Below, in pieces: positions 10,256 to 22,770 of a stretch of 48,534 nt of DNA. The notes beneath the pieces are model-generated. The model saw only the letters and a program-made list of their open reading frames with translations. It was not told the DNA's origin and did no database searches. Position 1 is the stretch's first letter. Every line of letters starts with the position of its first letter. The DNA comes from Candidatus Omnitrophota bacterium (GTDB lineage: Bacteria > Omnitrophota > Gorgyraeia > Duberdicusellales > 4484-171). Location: positions 1 through 48,534 of the forward strand of contig JAMWBQ010000001.1 in the NCBI GenBank assembly GCA_023819315.1. The letters run 5' to 3'. Both the position numbers and the translations under genes were made by a program.

Positions 10256-12098
10256 TGTATTCTAACTTTTTATTTTCTCTTACTAAAGGGATCCTGTTTA
10301 CTAAAATACTTTCCATTAAACCTCGTACGGAGTTACCTAAAAAAAATTTTTCTGCCTCTAAAATATCCTTAGGATAAAGCACTTTTTCTTTAGCTTGCTT
10401 ACTCTTTAAAAGATATTCCCGCAAAACACCAGGTAAAAGGCCAGATTCTAATTTGGGGGTATAAAGTTTACCTTTTACGAGAAGAAAAATATTAGTGAAT
10501 GTTCCTTCGGTAAGCTGGCTATATTCGTTGGTAAAAATTACTTCGCTAAATCCCTGTTTACGAGCAATTTCCATCTCCCTATCGTAGATATCACGTAAAG
10601 TGGTTTTATGATAAAGATAGCGATTTTTAGAATTTACTCTATTTTTACTTAATTTTACTTTTATAGGTAAATTTATCTCAGGGAGAAGAGAATAACCAAT
10701 ATATAATTTTCCTCTTCTATCCACTAGTAAACGGACCTTATACTTATTGTGGTAATCAAAATTTTTTTCTAATAAGAAAAATTTCCGTTTAATCTCATCT
10801 TTACTAAAAGGTATATCAAAATACCTACAAGAATTTTCTAATCTTGATAGATGTAGGTTAAGCAAATAAAAATTTCCCTTTTCCCAAAGTATCGTCTCAA
10901 TAAGAGAAAATTCGCGAAAATCTTCTATTAAGAACTGGGCTTTTAAAATTGCTTCCTTATACTCCTTTTTGCCTATAGAATCATAAACTATCCCTCCACC
11001 TATACCTAAACTACCTTTACTCTCTTTGTTAATATGGATGGTTCTTATGGCTACGTTAAAACAAGCTTCCCTATTAGGTGAAATATAACCAATCGCTCCT
11101 GTATAAACTCCTCTTGGTTCTTTTTCCAATTGGTAAATTATCTGCATCGTTCTTATTTTGGGAGCTCCTGTAACTGAACCTGAAGGGAATATTTCCTTTA
11201 TAATGTCTTGAAAATTTAAATTTGACTTAAGAGAGGCTTCTATGGTGGAGGTCATTTGGAATACAGTAAAATACTTTTCTATAGTAAAAAGTTCTTTTAC
11301 TGTAACGCCACCTTTTTTAGCTATCTTACCTAAATCGTTTCTTAACAAATCTACGATCATTAAATTCTCCGCTCTGTTTTTCTCGCTCATCTTAAGTAAT
11401 CTTTCATTTAATTTATCCTCTTGTAAGAAACGTCCACGGTTGATCGTTCCCTTCATTGGTTTAGTTATAATTCTATCTTTCTCCCAACGGAAAAAAAGTT
11501 CAGGAGAAAAGGAGAGGATATAATCGGTATCCGTTCTAATAAATGCTGAATAAGAAGTAGGCTGAGTATTTCTAAGATGGGAATATAAATCTATGGGATT
11601 GCCTTTAAAATCAAATTTTAATTTAAATGTGAAATTTACCTGATAAGTTTCCCCTTCTTTTAAATATCTTTTAATTCTCTGAATAGAAGAGACATATTCT
11701 TCCTCTTTAATATTGGGGGACAGGTTAGTAATAAAATAAGGTGTGCCTAAATTTTTAAAAGGGTAAAAATCTTTTTGATATAGATGATTAATTATCTTAG
11801 GGGATTTAAAAACACCTAACCAAACTAAAGGATAATCTTCCCGCTTTAAAAAATTAAATAACCTCTCCTCTAAAGTGTATCCAAACTCATAACAAAAATA
11901 TCCAGCAAGCCAGAAACCTCTCGTAAGGTAATCGTCTATCTTCCTAAATAATTTCTCAAGATCATCATAGGCTCTATATACTAAAATATCATAACAAGAA
12001 TCAAAAACAAACGAACGGTTATTCTCCTTATCTTTTTGTATTGTATCTAAAAAAACGTAAGGAGAATTAAAACTTTTTATTTCCCAAGGTAACTCCAT
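10236..12098 (-). CDS. pabB: Fused aminodeoxychorismate synthase component I and aminodeoxychorismate lyase (PabB-PabC)
   Basis: 620-aa ORF. The N-terminal roughly 390 aa form a chorismate-binding domain (PMKGT, SGSVTGAPK, RGVYTGAIGY). The C-terminal roughly 220 aa look like a class IV aminotransferase/PabC fold. It overlaps pyrK by 20 nt. Confidence 0.75.
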   Translation of the reverse strand: MELPWEIKSFNSPYVFLDTIQKDKENNRSFVFDSCYDILVYRAYDDLEKLFRKIDDYLTRGFWLAGYFCYEFGYTLEERLFNFLKREDYPLVWLGVFKSPKIINHLYQKDFYPFKNLGTPYFITNLSPNIKEEEYVSSIQRIKRYLKEGETYQVNFTFKLKFDFKGNPIDLYSHLRNTQPTSYSAFIRTDTDYILSFSPELFFRWEKDRIITKPMKGTINRGRFLQEDKLNERLLKMSEKNRAENLMIVDLLRNDLGKIAKKGGVTVKELFTIEKYFTVFQMTSTIEASLKSNLNFQDIIKEIFPSGSVTGAPKIRTMQIIYQLEKEPRGVYTGAIGYISPNREACFNVAIRTIHINKESKGSLGIGGGIVYDSIGKKEYKEAILKAQFLIEDFREFSLIETILWEKGNFYLLNLHLSRLENSCRYFDIPFSKDEIKRKFFLLEKNFDYHNKYKVRLLVDRRGKLYIGYSLLPEINLPIKVKLSKNRVNSKNRYLYHKTTLRDIYDREMEIARKQGFSEVIFTNEYSQLTEGTFTNIFLLVKGKLYTPKLESGLLPGVLREYLLKSKQAKEKVLYPKDILEAEKFFLGNSVRGLMESILVNRIPLVRENKKLEYNALVEG

Positions 12099-12109
12099 CT
12101 AAATATTTC

Positions 12110-12463
12110 CTATTTAAAAATAATCTTACGAAAAACACAAAAAACAGCAGCCAAAATAAATAACGATGCCCAAAGGTAATCTTTCTTAATTCCTTCCTTC
12201 AAATAGAAAATAGAGAAGGGGATAAAAACTGACAAGGTTATTGCTTCTTGAAGAATCTTAAGTTGACCTACATTCATAACTTGGTGCCCTATCCTATTCG
12301 CTGGCACCTGAATAAGATATTCAAAAAAAGCAATACCCCAGCTAATTATTGCCGCTACTAACCATGGTTTACTTTTTAAATTTTTCAAATGCCCATACCA
12401 AGCGAAAGTCATAAAAACATTACTACAAATTAACATCAATGCTGTAATCAATACTCTATACAT
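12110..12463 (-). CDS. DUF486-family small DMT-superfamily membrane protein
   Basis: Contains FMTFAWYGHLK, SWGIAFFEYLIQVPANRIG and QLKILQEAITL, which are typical of DUF486. I place the start at the ATG at 12463, which has AAGGA upstream. The longer ORF-track start would overlap mutM. Confidence 0.7.
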   Translation of the reverse strand: MYRVLITALMLICSNVFMTFAWYGHLKNLKSKPWLVAAIISWGIAFFEYLIQVPANRIGHQVMNVGQLKILQEAITLSVFIPFSIFYLKEGIKKDYLWASLFILAAVFCVFRKIIFK

Positions 12464-12479
12464 AATTATCCTTTCTTTT

Positions 12480-13283
12480 TTACTTTTGGCAATGAGGGCA
12501 AAAGTAAGTTCCCCTTCCACTAATGGTTTTACGTTTAATCGGTGTGTTACACCTAAAACAGGGTTTATTTTCTCTTTGATAAACTTTTAAAAAGGGAACA
12601 TAATTACCTTCTTGACCATCTATTTGTCTATAGGTATCTACGGATGAACCTTTTTTCTCTATTGCTTCCTTTAATATTGATATAAGGCAATCGTAGAGTT
12701 TGCTTAACTCTTTAATTTCTAACCTCTGGGTACTTCGTTCAGGGTGGATACCTGCACAAAATAAAGATTCTTGAGCATAAACATTTCCTACACCAGCCAA
12801 GAAATTCTGGTCCATTAAAAGTGGTTTTATCTTTGTTTTTTTATCTTTAAAAAGTCCGATAAACTCCTCCCTTTTAATCTCTAACGGTTCCGGACCCATC
12901 TCTTTAATTATAGGTAGATTTTGCCAATTTTCTACTAATCTTATTTCTCCCAATACTCTTTGATCGCAGAAATTAAGTATCTTATTATGGGAAAACTTAA
13001 AAATTACTCTTGCCAATTTTTCCTCTTTCTCTCCTAAAATAAGCCAGCCACTTATTCTTAAATGGATAATAAGAAATAAATCTTTACTGAGCTTAACAAT
13101 TAACACTTTACCTCTACGAAAAATATCATTTACCGTTTTGCCTTCTACATTTAAAATAAATTCCTCAGGTTTTATCTGCTTAAGAACCCTTTTATCCTTA
13201 ACCTCAATCTTTACAATCTTCTTATTCAAAATATTTTCTCTTAACTGTAACTTAATTGTCTCTACCTCGGGTAACTCGGGCAT
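12480..13283 (-). CDS. mutM: Formamidopyrimidine-DNA glycosylase (Fpg/MutM)
   Basis: It has the canonical N-terminus MPELPEVE, an H2TH region and a C-terminal zinc finger CFRC...CPHCQ. Confidence 0.9.
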   Translation of the reverse strand: MPELPEVETIKLQLRENILNKKIVKIEVKDKRVLKQIKPEEFILNVEGKTVNDIFRRGKVLIVKLSKDLFLIIHLRISGWLILGEKEEKLARVIFKFSHNKILNFCDQRVLGEIRLVENWQNLPIIKEMGPEPLEIKREEFIGLFKDKKTKIKPLLMDQNFLAGVGNVYAQESLFCAGIHPERSTQRLEIKELSKLYDCLISILKEAIEKKGSSVDTYRQIDGQEGNYVPFLKVYQRENKPCFRCNTPIKRKTISGRGTYFCPHCQK

Positions 13284-13296
13284 AATGAAACCTCCT

Positions 13297-13692
13297 TTAT
13301 CCAGAAAGCACCTTTACATAAACTTTTCTCTCCCTTGGGCCATCAAATTCACAGAAGTATATCCCCTGCCATCTACCTAAAATTAATCTTTTATTCTTTA
13401 CAATCAAAGATAAACTACTACCAAAAATAGATGCCTTTATATGAGAATCGGCATTACCTTCTAAGTGAAGGTAATGCCCTCTATAAGGAATTAATTTTTC
13501 TATGTGAGCGATTATATCACTTCTTACCGAAGGGTCAGCATTCTCGTTTATAGTTAAACCTGCGGTAGTATGTGGACAAAAAATTATACATATACCTTCC
13601 TCTATCTCTTTTTCTCTAATCACTCTTTCTATTTGAGAAGTAATATCTATAAATTCTGTTCTTTTAGTAGAACTTATATTTATTATTACCAT
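13297..13692 (-). CDS. yjbQ: YjbQ/UPF0047 family protein (secondary thiamine-phosphate synthase family)
   Basis: 131-aa ORF containing HTTAGLTINENADPSV, NADSHIKASIFG and LGRWQGIYFCEFDGPRERK. Confidence 0.8.
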   Translation of the reverse strand: MVIINISSTKRTEFIDITSQIERVIREKEIEEGICIIFCPHTTAGLTINENADPSVRSDIIAHIEKLIPYRGHYLHLEGNADSHIKASIFGSSLSLIVKNKRLILGRWQGIYFCEFDGPRERKVYVKVLSG

Positions 13693-14536
13693 TTATCTTT
13701 GTTACCTTTTCAAGTTTACTTATAATTCTCTCGCAAGCATCGGGATAAATAAGATTGGCACTACCAACCTCTACCGCTTTTGCTCCTACCCTTAAATAAT
13801 CCAAAACATCTCTATAATCCATTACTCCTCCACAAGCAATAACCGCTATTTTGAGTAGGGAACTAATTTCTCGCACGCATCTTAAAGCAATGGGCTTAAT
13901 ACATGGTCCACTTAATCCTCCATAGATATTACCTAAACAAGGCTCATCCTTATTTTCCTCTATTGCCATGGCGGGAAGAGTATTTATCAAAACAACTGCA
14001 TCTATACCAGCTAACTGAATGGATAAGGTTATCTCTTTTAGTTGCAGAGTATAAGAAAGTTTAGCGAGCAACAATTTCTTCGTTAACTTCCTTAAAGTTG
14101 AACATATTTTAAAAACTCTATTTTTATAAGCGGAGATGACTTCTCCTTCCAAATTAGGACAAGAAAAATTAAGTTCGAATCCAGCAATTCTCTCTTCTTC
14201 TAAACCTTTAATGAGTTCTATCCACTCGTTTAATTTTTCTCCGTATATACTAACGAATACTTTTGTCTTTAAACGAGTAAAGAAATCAGAATATTTCTTT
14301 TTAAAAACTTCTAAACCAGGATTTTCTAAACCTATGGAGTTTAAAATCCCAAATCCTAAATCGTATATTCGTGGTGGTATATTTCCTTCTTTGGGCATTA
14401 AAGTTATTGTCTTGGTAACGAAGGCTCCCAGTTCATTAATATCGAAAAAATCCATCATCTCTTTACCATAACCAAAGGTGCCAGAGGCAGCAATAATGGG
14501 GTTTTTTAAATTTACATTACCTATTCTACACCGCAT
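13664..14536 (-). CDS. pyrD: Dihydroorotate dehydrogenase, class 1B catalytic subunit
   Basis: 290-aa ORF containing NPIIAASGTFGYG, ELNFSCPN (the active-site Cys region) and GGLSGP. It overlaps yjbQ by 29 nt. Confidence 0.85.
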   Translation of the reverse strand: MRCRIGNVNLKNPIIAASGTFGYGKEMMDFFDINELGAFVTKTITLMPKEGNIPPRIYDLGFGILNSIGLENPGLEVFKKKYSDFFTRLKTKVFVSIYGEKLNEWIELIKGLEEERIAGFELNFSCPNLEGEVISAYKNRVFKICSTLRKLTKKLLLAKLSYTLQLKEITLSIQLAGIDAVVLINTLPAMAIEENKDEPCLGNIYGGLSGPCIKPIALRCVREISSLLKIAVIACGGVMDYRDVLDYLRVGAKAVEVGSANLIYPDACERIISKLEKVTKINGNNKYKFY

Positions 14537-14590
14537 ATTTATTGTATTTAATAAATTCTGTTAAGATTTTATCTTTGCCCCTACGCATTG

Positions 14591-15268
14591 TCAACTTTTA
14601 TTACCACGATTATCAATAACTATCACCCATTCACCTTTTAAGCAATCACTTTTGATGTATCTTTCAATATCGTTCATATTTGCCCTTATCGTATCTTCAT
14701 AAATTTTAGTCATCTCTTTAACCAAAGCTATTCTTTTATCTTTATTAAAATAATCTTTAAGCTGATTAACTGTGGCAATCAATCTATGGGGAGACTCAAA
14801 GATAACAATAGTTGCTTCTACTAATGCTAATATCTCTAACTCTTTTTTTCGCTTGCTTTTTTTAAAAGGCAAGAAACCAACAAATAAGAATCTATCCGAA
14901 GGCAAACCACTTAAAACTATAGCATTGGTAACCGCACTGGGTCCAGGAATAGATGTGAAAGGAATTTTTTCCTCAACACAAGTTCTCAAAAGATGGTATC
15001 CTGGGTCAGAGATAGTTGGTGTGCCTGCATTAGAAATTAAAGCTACGTCTTTACCTGACTTAAGTAAAGGCAGTAACTTTTTGGTTACCCTCTTTTCATT
15101 ATGTTCATAAAAACTTTTCGCAACCTTATCTATCCTATAGTGGCTAAGAAGAACTCTTGCTTGGCGTGTATCCTCAGCTAAAATAATATCTACTTTCCTT
15201 AATACTCTTAATGCTCTTATAGTGATATCCTCTAAATTACCGATGGGAGTTGCTATAACGTATAGCAT
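14591..15268 (-). CDS. rsmI: 16S rRNA (cytidine1402-2'-O)-methyltransferase
   Basis: 225-aa ORF. It has the N-terminus MLYVIATPIGNLEDIT, AEDTR and the tetrapyrrole-methylase-like fold pattern of RsmI. Confidence 0.85.
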   Translation of the reverse strand: MLYVIATPIGNLEDITIRALRVLRKVDIILAEDTRQARVLLSHYRIDKVAKSFYEHNEKRVTKKLLPLLKSGKDVALISNAGTPTISDPGYHLLRTCVEEKIPFTSIPGPSAVTNAIVLSGLPSDRFLFVGFLPFKKSKRKKELEILALVEATIVIFESPHRLIATVNQLKDYFNKDKRIALVKEMTKIYEDTIRANMNDIERYIKSDCLKGEWVIVIDNRGNKS

Positions 15269-17088
15269 TATTCCACAGTTACTGACTTAGCTAAATTGCG
15301 TGGTTGGTCTATTTCGCATCCCAAATTTTTAGCTACAAAGTAAGCGAAAAGTTGTAGAGGAACTGCTACCACAAGAGGACTTACATCAGTTATTCTAAAA
15401 TTTGGCACAGTAATTATCTCATCCATTAACCTCGCTTCATCTTCGTTCAGGTCGTTAACTACTCCTAATACTTTTCCCTTTCTTGCTTTTATCTCTTGCA
15501 CGTTAGAAATCATCTTAGAGTAAAGCTCATCCTTTACAGCAATGCAAACTACTGCGCGATACTCGTCTATAAGAGCTATTGGGCCATGTTTCATCTCACC
15601 AGCAGGGTAACCTTCAGCAGGAATATAAGAAATCTCTTTTAACTTCAGTGCTCCTTCTAACGCTGAAGGATAATTTATTCCTCTTCCTAAAAAAAGGAAA
15701 CAACCAAAACGAGAGAATTTATTGGCAATCTTTTCAATTTCATTAGCTCTCTCCAAAATCTCCTTCTGATATAGAGGAACATTTTTTAACTCCTTGAGGA
15801 AATTAGCAAAACTATTTGCATTCATAATATTCTTTACCCTTGCCAAATAGAGAGAAAATAGTAATAAACTAAATACCTGAGCGGTATAGGCTTTAGTAGA
15901 AGCTACCCCTATTTCTGGTCCGGCAAGCGTAGAAATTAAACCTTCACTCTCTTTGGTAAGGGTAGAACCTAAAACATTGCAGATAGCAATAACTTTTGCT
16001 CCCTTTCTTTTTGCCTCTCTTACAGCTGCTAAAGTATCGGCTGTTTCTCCTGACTGTGATATTGCTAACACTAAATCCTTAGATGAAAATCTTATCTTTC
16101 TATACCTTGCTTCAGAAGAAACATCTATTTCCACATCTACTCCCACATATTTTTCTAAAAGATACTTTCCTACAAAACCAGCGTGGTAAGCTGTTCCACA
16201 AGCAAAAATAAATATTTTACTTATCTCTTTCAATTTAGTTAAAGGTAAATTTAAATCTTTAAAGTTTATCTCCTCATCTTTAACATAAAAGCTAATTAGT
16301 CTCTCCATAACTTTTGGCTGTTCAAATATTTCTTTTAACATAAAATGACTATAGTCTTTCTTAGAAATCGCTACCTGATGCAATTCCACCCGTTCTTTTT
16401 TTAGCTTGCGATTTTTACCATTAAAATCAAATATCCTACAGCGATTATCCTCTAATACCCCTAACGATTTATCCTCAATATTAATTAACTCTTTAGTGAA
16501 AGGGAGTATTGCTGGTATATCGGAAGTTAATAGAAATCCTTCTTCTAAGATACCCAAAATTAAAGGGGAATCCTTCTTTGCGAATAATAGTTTATGGGTA
16601 TTCTTCCTAAACAATACTATCGCAAAGCTACCCTCTAATTCCTCCACGGTATGAATTAAAGCTTCAAAAATATCCTCTTTTTTATTGAACTCTTCTAAAA
16701 GATGAGGGATTACTTCAGTATCTGTTTGAGAGATAAACTTGTGTCCTTTTCTTATTAATCTATCTTTTAACGTAGCATAATTTTCAATTATACCGTTGTG
16801 GACTACAAAAATTTCTTTACAACAATCAAAATGAGGGTGAGAATTCAGGTGGTTAGGAACTCCGTGTGTTGCCCAACGGGTATGTGCTATACCTAAGGAA
16901 AACTTCTCTTCTTTTAATCTTGCTTTTAGATTTTCTATTTTACCTTTACTTTTTTGTAGAAAAACTCCTCCATTTTTGGCTACAGCTACTCCACAGGAAT
17001 CATAACCTCTATACTCCAAATATTTCAAAGTATCTACTAAAAAATGGATATTTTTTTCCTTACCAATATAACCAACTATTCCACACAT
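15268..17088 (-). CDS. glmS: Glutamine--fructose-6-phosphate aminotransferase
   Basis: 606-aa ORF. It has the N-terminus MCGIVGY, two SIS domains and the C-terminal LAKSVTVE. Confidence 0.95.
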   Translation of the reverse strand: MCGIVGYIGKEKNIHFLVDTLKYLEYRGYDSCGVAVAKNGGVFLQKSKGKIENLKARLKEEKFSLGIAHTRWATHGVPNHLNSHPHFDCCKEIFVVHNGIIENYATLKDRLIRKGHKFISQTDTEVIPHLLEEFNKKEDIFEALIHTVEELEGSFAIVLFRKNTHKLLFAKKDSPLILGILEEGFLLTSDIPAILPFTKELINIEDKSLGVLEDNRCRIFDFNGKNRKLKKERVELHQVAISKKDYSHFMLKEIFEQPKVMERLISFYVKDEEINFKDLNLPLTKLKEISKIFIFACGTAYHAGFVGKYLLEKYVGVDVEIDVSSEARYRKIRFSSKDLVLAISQSGETADTLAAVREAKRKGAKVIAICNVLGSTLTKESEGLISTLAGPEIGVASTKAYTAQVFSLLLFSLYLARVKNIMNANSFANFLKELKNVPLYQKEILERANEIEKIANKFSRFGCFLFLGRGINYPSALEGALKLKEISYIPAEGYPAGEMKHGPIALIDEYRAVVCIAVKDELYSKMISNVQEIKARKGKVLGVVNDLNEDEARLMDEIITVPNFRITDVSPLVVAVPLQLFAYFVAKNLGCEIDQPRNLAKSVTVE

Positions 17089-17090
17089 AT

Positions 17091-17513
17091 TTATAAATTA
17101 AAATAACCCCATATTCTTTTACTGGTAAAATATAAAATTAATACCCCTGGATATAAAATATGAAAAAATAGATGTTTAAAAATCGCTGGGTTTATCACGA
17201 TGATTAAAAATCCAAAAATTATCCAGAAAAAAGAAAAATAAACAGTAAGTTTATATCCCCATCTTTTTCTAAGAAGAACCCCTAAACCACTTAGTAAAAA
17301 TATAAAAGATAAAAAAATATTAAAAATGTTGGCTGCACGTAACTGGGAGTAGGTTAACTGGGAAAGGGATCTTTTTAACAGTATCTCATTTATATGAATT
17401 AAATTATTTGGTTTTAAATTAATTAATATGTATATATTAACGAACAGATTAAATAGACCGAGGAAAAGAAAATTTAGCGAACCTAAAATCAAAACACCCA
17501 GTGGTTTTTTCAT
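17091..17513 (-). CDS. Hypothetical multi-pass membrane protein
   Basis: An ORF with about four hydrophobic segments and no recognised family. I trimmed the start to the ATG at 17513 because the longer ORF-track start runs into tRNA-Glu. Confidence 0.4.
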   Translation of the reverse strand: MKKPLGVLILGSLNFLFLGLFNLFVNIYILINLKPNNLIHINEILLKRSLSQLTYSQLRAANIFNIFLSFIFLLSGLGVLLRKRWGYKLTVYFSFFWIIFGFLIIVINPAIFKHLFFHILYPGVLILYFTSKRIWGYFNL

Positions 17514-17523
17514 AAAAATAAAC

Positions 17524-17597
17524 CGACCCCAACCGGATTTGAACCGGTGCCGTGGGCTCGAAAGGCCCATGTCCTAACCGGGCTAGACGATGGGGTC
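17524..17597 (-). tRNA. tRNA-Glu (anticodon UUC)
   Basis: A hand-folded cloverleaf on the minus strand. The acceptor is GACCCCA/TGGGGTC, the anticodon stem TGGGC/GCCCA with loop CTTTCGA, and the T-loop GGTTCAAATCC. No CCA is encoded. Confidence 0.85.
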
Positions 17598-17609
17598 GAG
17601 AGAGATTTT

Positions 17610-17637
17610 ATTATACAATTTAATATAATTATTGCAA
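17610..17637 (-). promoter_or_regulatory. Sigma70-like promoter for tRNA-Glu
   Basis: On the minus strand, TTGCAA (17637-17632) is followed by a 16-nt spacer and TATAAT (17615-17610). The -10 ends 12 nt upstream of the mature tRNA 5' end. Confidence 0.4.
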
Positions 17638-17649
17638 CTATCTTTTCAG

Positions 17650-20091
17650 CTAATCGGGTATAATTCTTGATATAGAAGAAAGCTTATCTCCACTATCTAA
17701 GTTTATTATCTTCACTCCTTGCGTAGAACGTTTTGTCTCCCTTATATCCTTAACCTTTACTCTAATCAATACTCCCTTCTGGGTTATGCACATTATTTCA
17801 TCTTCTTCTGAAACTAAACATACCTTCTTAACTTCACCTATTTTCTCAGAAAGTTTTATATTTTTAATTCCCTTACCCCCTCGGGATTGTAGGCGATATT
17901 CCTCCACAATTGTTCTTTTAGCAAATCCTTTCTCTGTAGCAGTAAGTATGTAAACATCTGATTTTTTTAAACTAACCTCTAACAAAACCATACTTACTAC
18001 TGTATCTTGTTTATGAAGCTTTACTCCTCTAACTCCGCGGGATTGTCTACCTGTTGGTCTAATCTCTTTTAAAGGAAAACGTATAGCAAAACCTTTGTTA
18101 GTAGATAAAATAACTTCGTCTTTCTCTCCACCTAAACCAGCTCCTATTAATTGGTCGTTTTTATCCAATGATATAGCGATTATTCCATTTTTTCTTATGT
18201 TGGAGAATAAATCTAAACTACAACGTTTAATCAATCCTTCTTTAGTAGCCATAACGATAAACTGATTAGAATCAAATTCTTTTATTCCCAACACAGTAGT
18301 TATTTTTTCCTCTCCACTTAAACTTAAAAGATTAACTATTGCTCTACCACGCGATACCCTTGAACCTAAAGGAATTTCGTAAGTCTTAAGAGGATAGACC
18401 TTACCTTGGTTAGTAAAGATTAAAAGTGTATCTTTGCTAGAGGCTACAAAAAGGTGTTCAACGAAATCTTCCTCTTTAGTATCTATTGCTGTAACACCTC
18501 TTCCGCCTCTACCTTGACGACGATAGCCACTGGCCGGCTGTCTCTTTATATAACCTGAACCAGTTATAGTAACCACCATATCTTCTTCTACTATTAAATC
18601 TTCTATTTCTATCTCTTCTTTTTGGGCAACTATCTCTGTGCGACGGGGATCAGCAAATTTATTTATTAGGGTTTCTAACTCTTCCTTTATAAGTTCTTCT
18701 TGTTTCTTTTCTGAAGAAAGGATAAGGTTTAGATACTCTATCTTCTTAATTAATTCCAAATACTCCTCATCTATCTTTTTTCTCTCCAAAGCACACAATC
18801 TTTGTAACTGCATCTCTAATATACTTTGTGCCTGAATATCAGTAAGAGAAAATTTTTTTATTAATTCCGATTTTGCCTCTTCAGGGGTTTTTGATTTTTT
18901 AATAAGTTCAATCACTTTATCTAAAAATTTTAAAGCAATTTTTAATCCTTCTAAGATATGGGCACGTCGTTGAGCTTTGGTAAGTTCAAACCTTGACCTT
19001 CTAACAATAATTTCTTTGCGAAATCTAATATGATGATTTAAAATTTCTTTAAGGTTGAGTATCTCCGGCTTCTGATTAACCAAAGCTAAAAAGATAACTC
19101 CAAAGGTTACCTCTAAATTGGTATGTTTATACAATTGATTAAGAATAATCTCCGGTTGAACCTCTCGTTTTAGTTCTAAAACGATACGTATTCCTTCTTT
19201 ATCCGACTCATCTCTTAAGTCAGTTATCCCTTCAATCTTTTTATTGTTTATAAGATTAGCTATAGATTCTATGAGATTAGCTTTATTTAACTGATAGGGT
19301 ATTTCGTTAATTATTATTTGTACACGATTCTTTTCTCTCTCTATAGTAGCCTTTGCTCTTAGGGTCAATTTACCTTTACCCTCTTCGTATGCTTTTAAAA
19401 TATCCGCTTTACCGCAAATTACCCCGCCGGTAGGAAAATCCGGTCCTTTAATAATCTTATGTAGTTCTTTTATGGTTGCCTGAGGATTATCTAAGAGGTA
19501 TATTATTCCTCTACATACCTCTTCTAAATTATGAGGGGGAACATTGGTGGCCATTCCTACGGCTATGCCACTTGCCCCATTTATTAAAAAGTTGGGAATA
19601 ACTGAAGGTAGAATTTCTGGTTCGGTTAAAGAATTATCAAAATTGGGGAAAAAATTCACTGTGTCCTTATCTATATCTTGAAGGATATAATCGCTGATAG
19701 CGGTTAATCTCGCCTCTGTATACCTCATAGCTGCCGGTGGGTCACCATCTATAGAGCCGAAATTACCTTGAGCATCTATTAAGGGATAACGCAAAGAAAA
19801 AGTCTGTCCCATTCTAACCAAAGCTTCATAAACTGCAGCATCCCCGTGAGGATGGAATTTACCCAACGTTTCTCCTACAATACGAGCGCATTTCTTATGA
19901 GGTTGATTATGTCTTAAATGTAGCTCATCCATAACATAAAGGATACGTCTCTGAACAGGTTTTAAACCATCCCTTATGTCAGGCAGAGCTCTTCCCACAA
20001 TAACACTCATTGAATAGGAAAGATAAGAATCTTTCATCTCTTCTTCCAGATAGCGGGAAACGATTTTTTCTTTCACCAAACCTTCTTGCAT
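17650..20091 (-). CDS. gyrA: DNA gyrase subunit A
   Basis: 813-aa ORF. It contains DGLKPVQRR, the AAMRYTE active-site Tyr region, and C-terminal beta-pinwheel repeats including the QGRGGRG GyrA-box. Confidence 0.95.
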   Translation of the reverse strand: MQEGLVKEKIVSRYLEEEMKDSYLSYSMSVIVGRALPDIRDGLKPVQRRILYVMDELHLRHNQPHKKCARIVGETLGKFHPHGDAAVYEALVRMGQTFSLRYPLIDAQGNFGSIDGDPPAAMRYTEARLTAISDYILQDIDKDTVNFFPNFDNSLTEPEILPSVIPNFLINGASGIAVGMATNVPPHNLEEVCRGIIYLLDNPQATIKELHKIIKGPDFPTGGVICGKADILKAYEEGKGKLTLRAKATIEREKNRVQIIINEIPYQLNKANLIESIANLINNKKIEGITDLRDESDKEGIRIVLELKREVQPEIILNQLYKHTNLEVTFGVIFLALVNQKPEILNLKEILNHHIRFRKEIIVRRSRFELTKAQRRAHILEGLKIALKFLDKVIELIKKSKTPEEAKSELIKKFSLTDIQAQSILEMQLQRLCALERKKIDEEYLELIKKIEYLNLILSSEKKQEELIKEELETLINKFADPRRTEIVAQKEEIEIEDLIVEEDMVVTITGSGYIKRQPASGYRRQGRGGRGVTAIDTKEEDFVEHLFVASSKDTLLIFTNQGKVYPLKTYEIPLGSRVSRGRAIVNLLSLSGEEKITTVLGIKEFDSNQFIVMATKEGLIKRCSLDLFSNIRKNGIIAISLDKNDQLIGAGLGGEKDEVILSTNKGFAIRFPLKEIRPTGRQSRGVRGVKLHKQDTVVSMVLLEVSLKKSDVYILTATEKGFAKRTIVEEYRLQSRGGKGIKNIKLSEKIGEVKKVCLVSEEDEIMCITQKGVLIRVKVKDIRETKRSTQGVKIINLDSGDKLSSISRIIPD

Positions 20092-20136
20092 AAAATAATC
20101 CTCTCTATTCTATTCCACACGCGGGGTGGAATACCT

Positions 20137-22769
<2,633 letters not shown>

Positions 22770-22770
22770 A

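Noticed and set aside
17089-17090. A glmS ribozyme upstream of glmS.
   Set aside because: The upstream membrane-protein gene ends 2 nt before the glmS start codon, which leaves no room for a ribozyme leader.
17514-17570. The N-terminal extension of the membrane-protein ORF (MGLSSPRHRFKSGWGRFIF), and likewise the pyrF extension at 38331-38405.
   Set aside because: Both extensions read through tRNA genes (tRNA-Glu and tRNA-Arg). Internal ATG starts downstream of the tRNAs give proteins that begin where family similarity begins.
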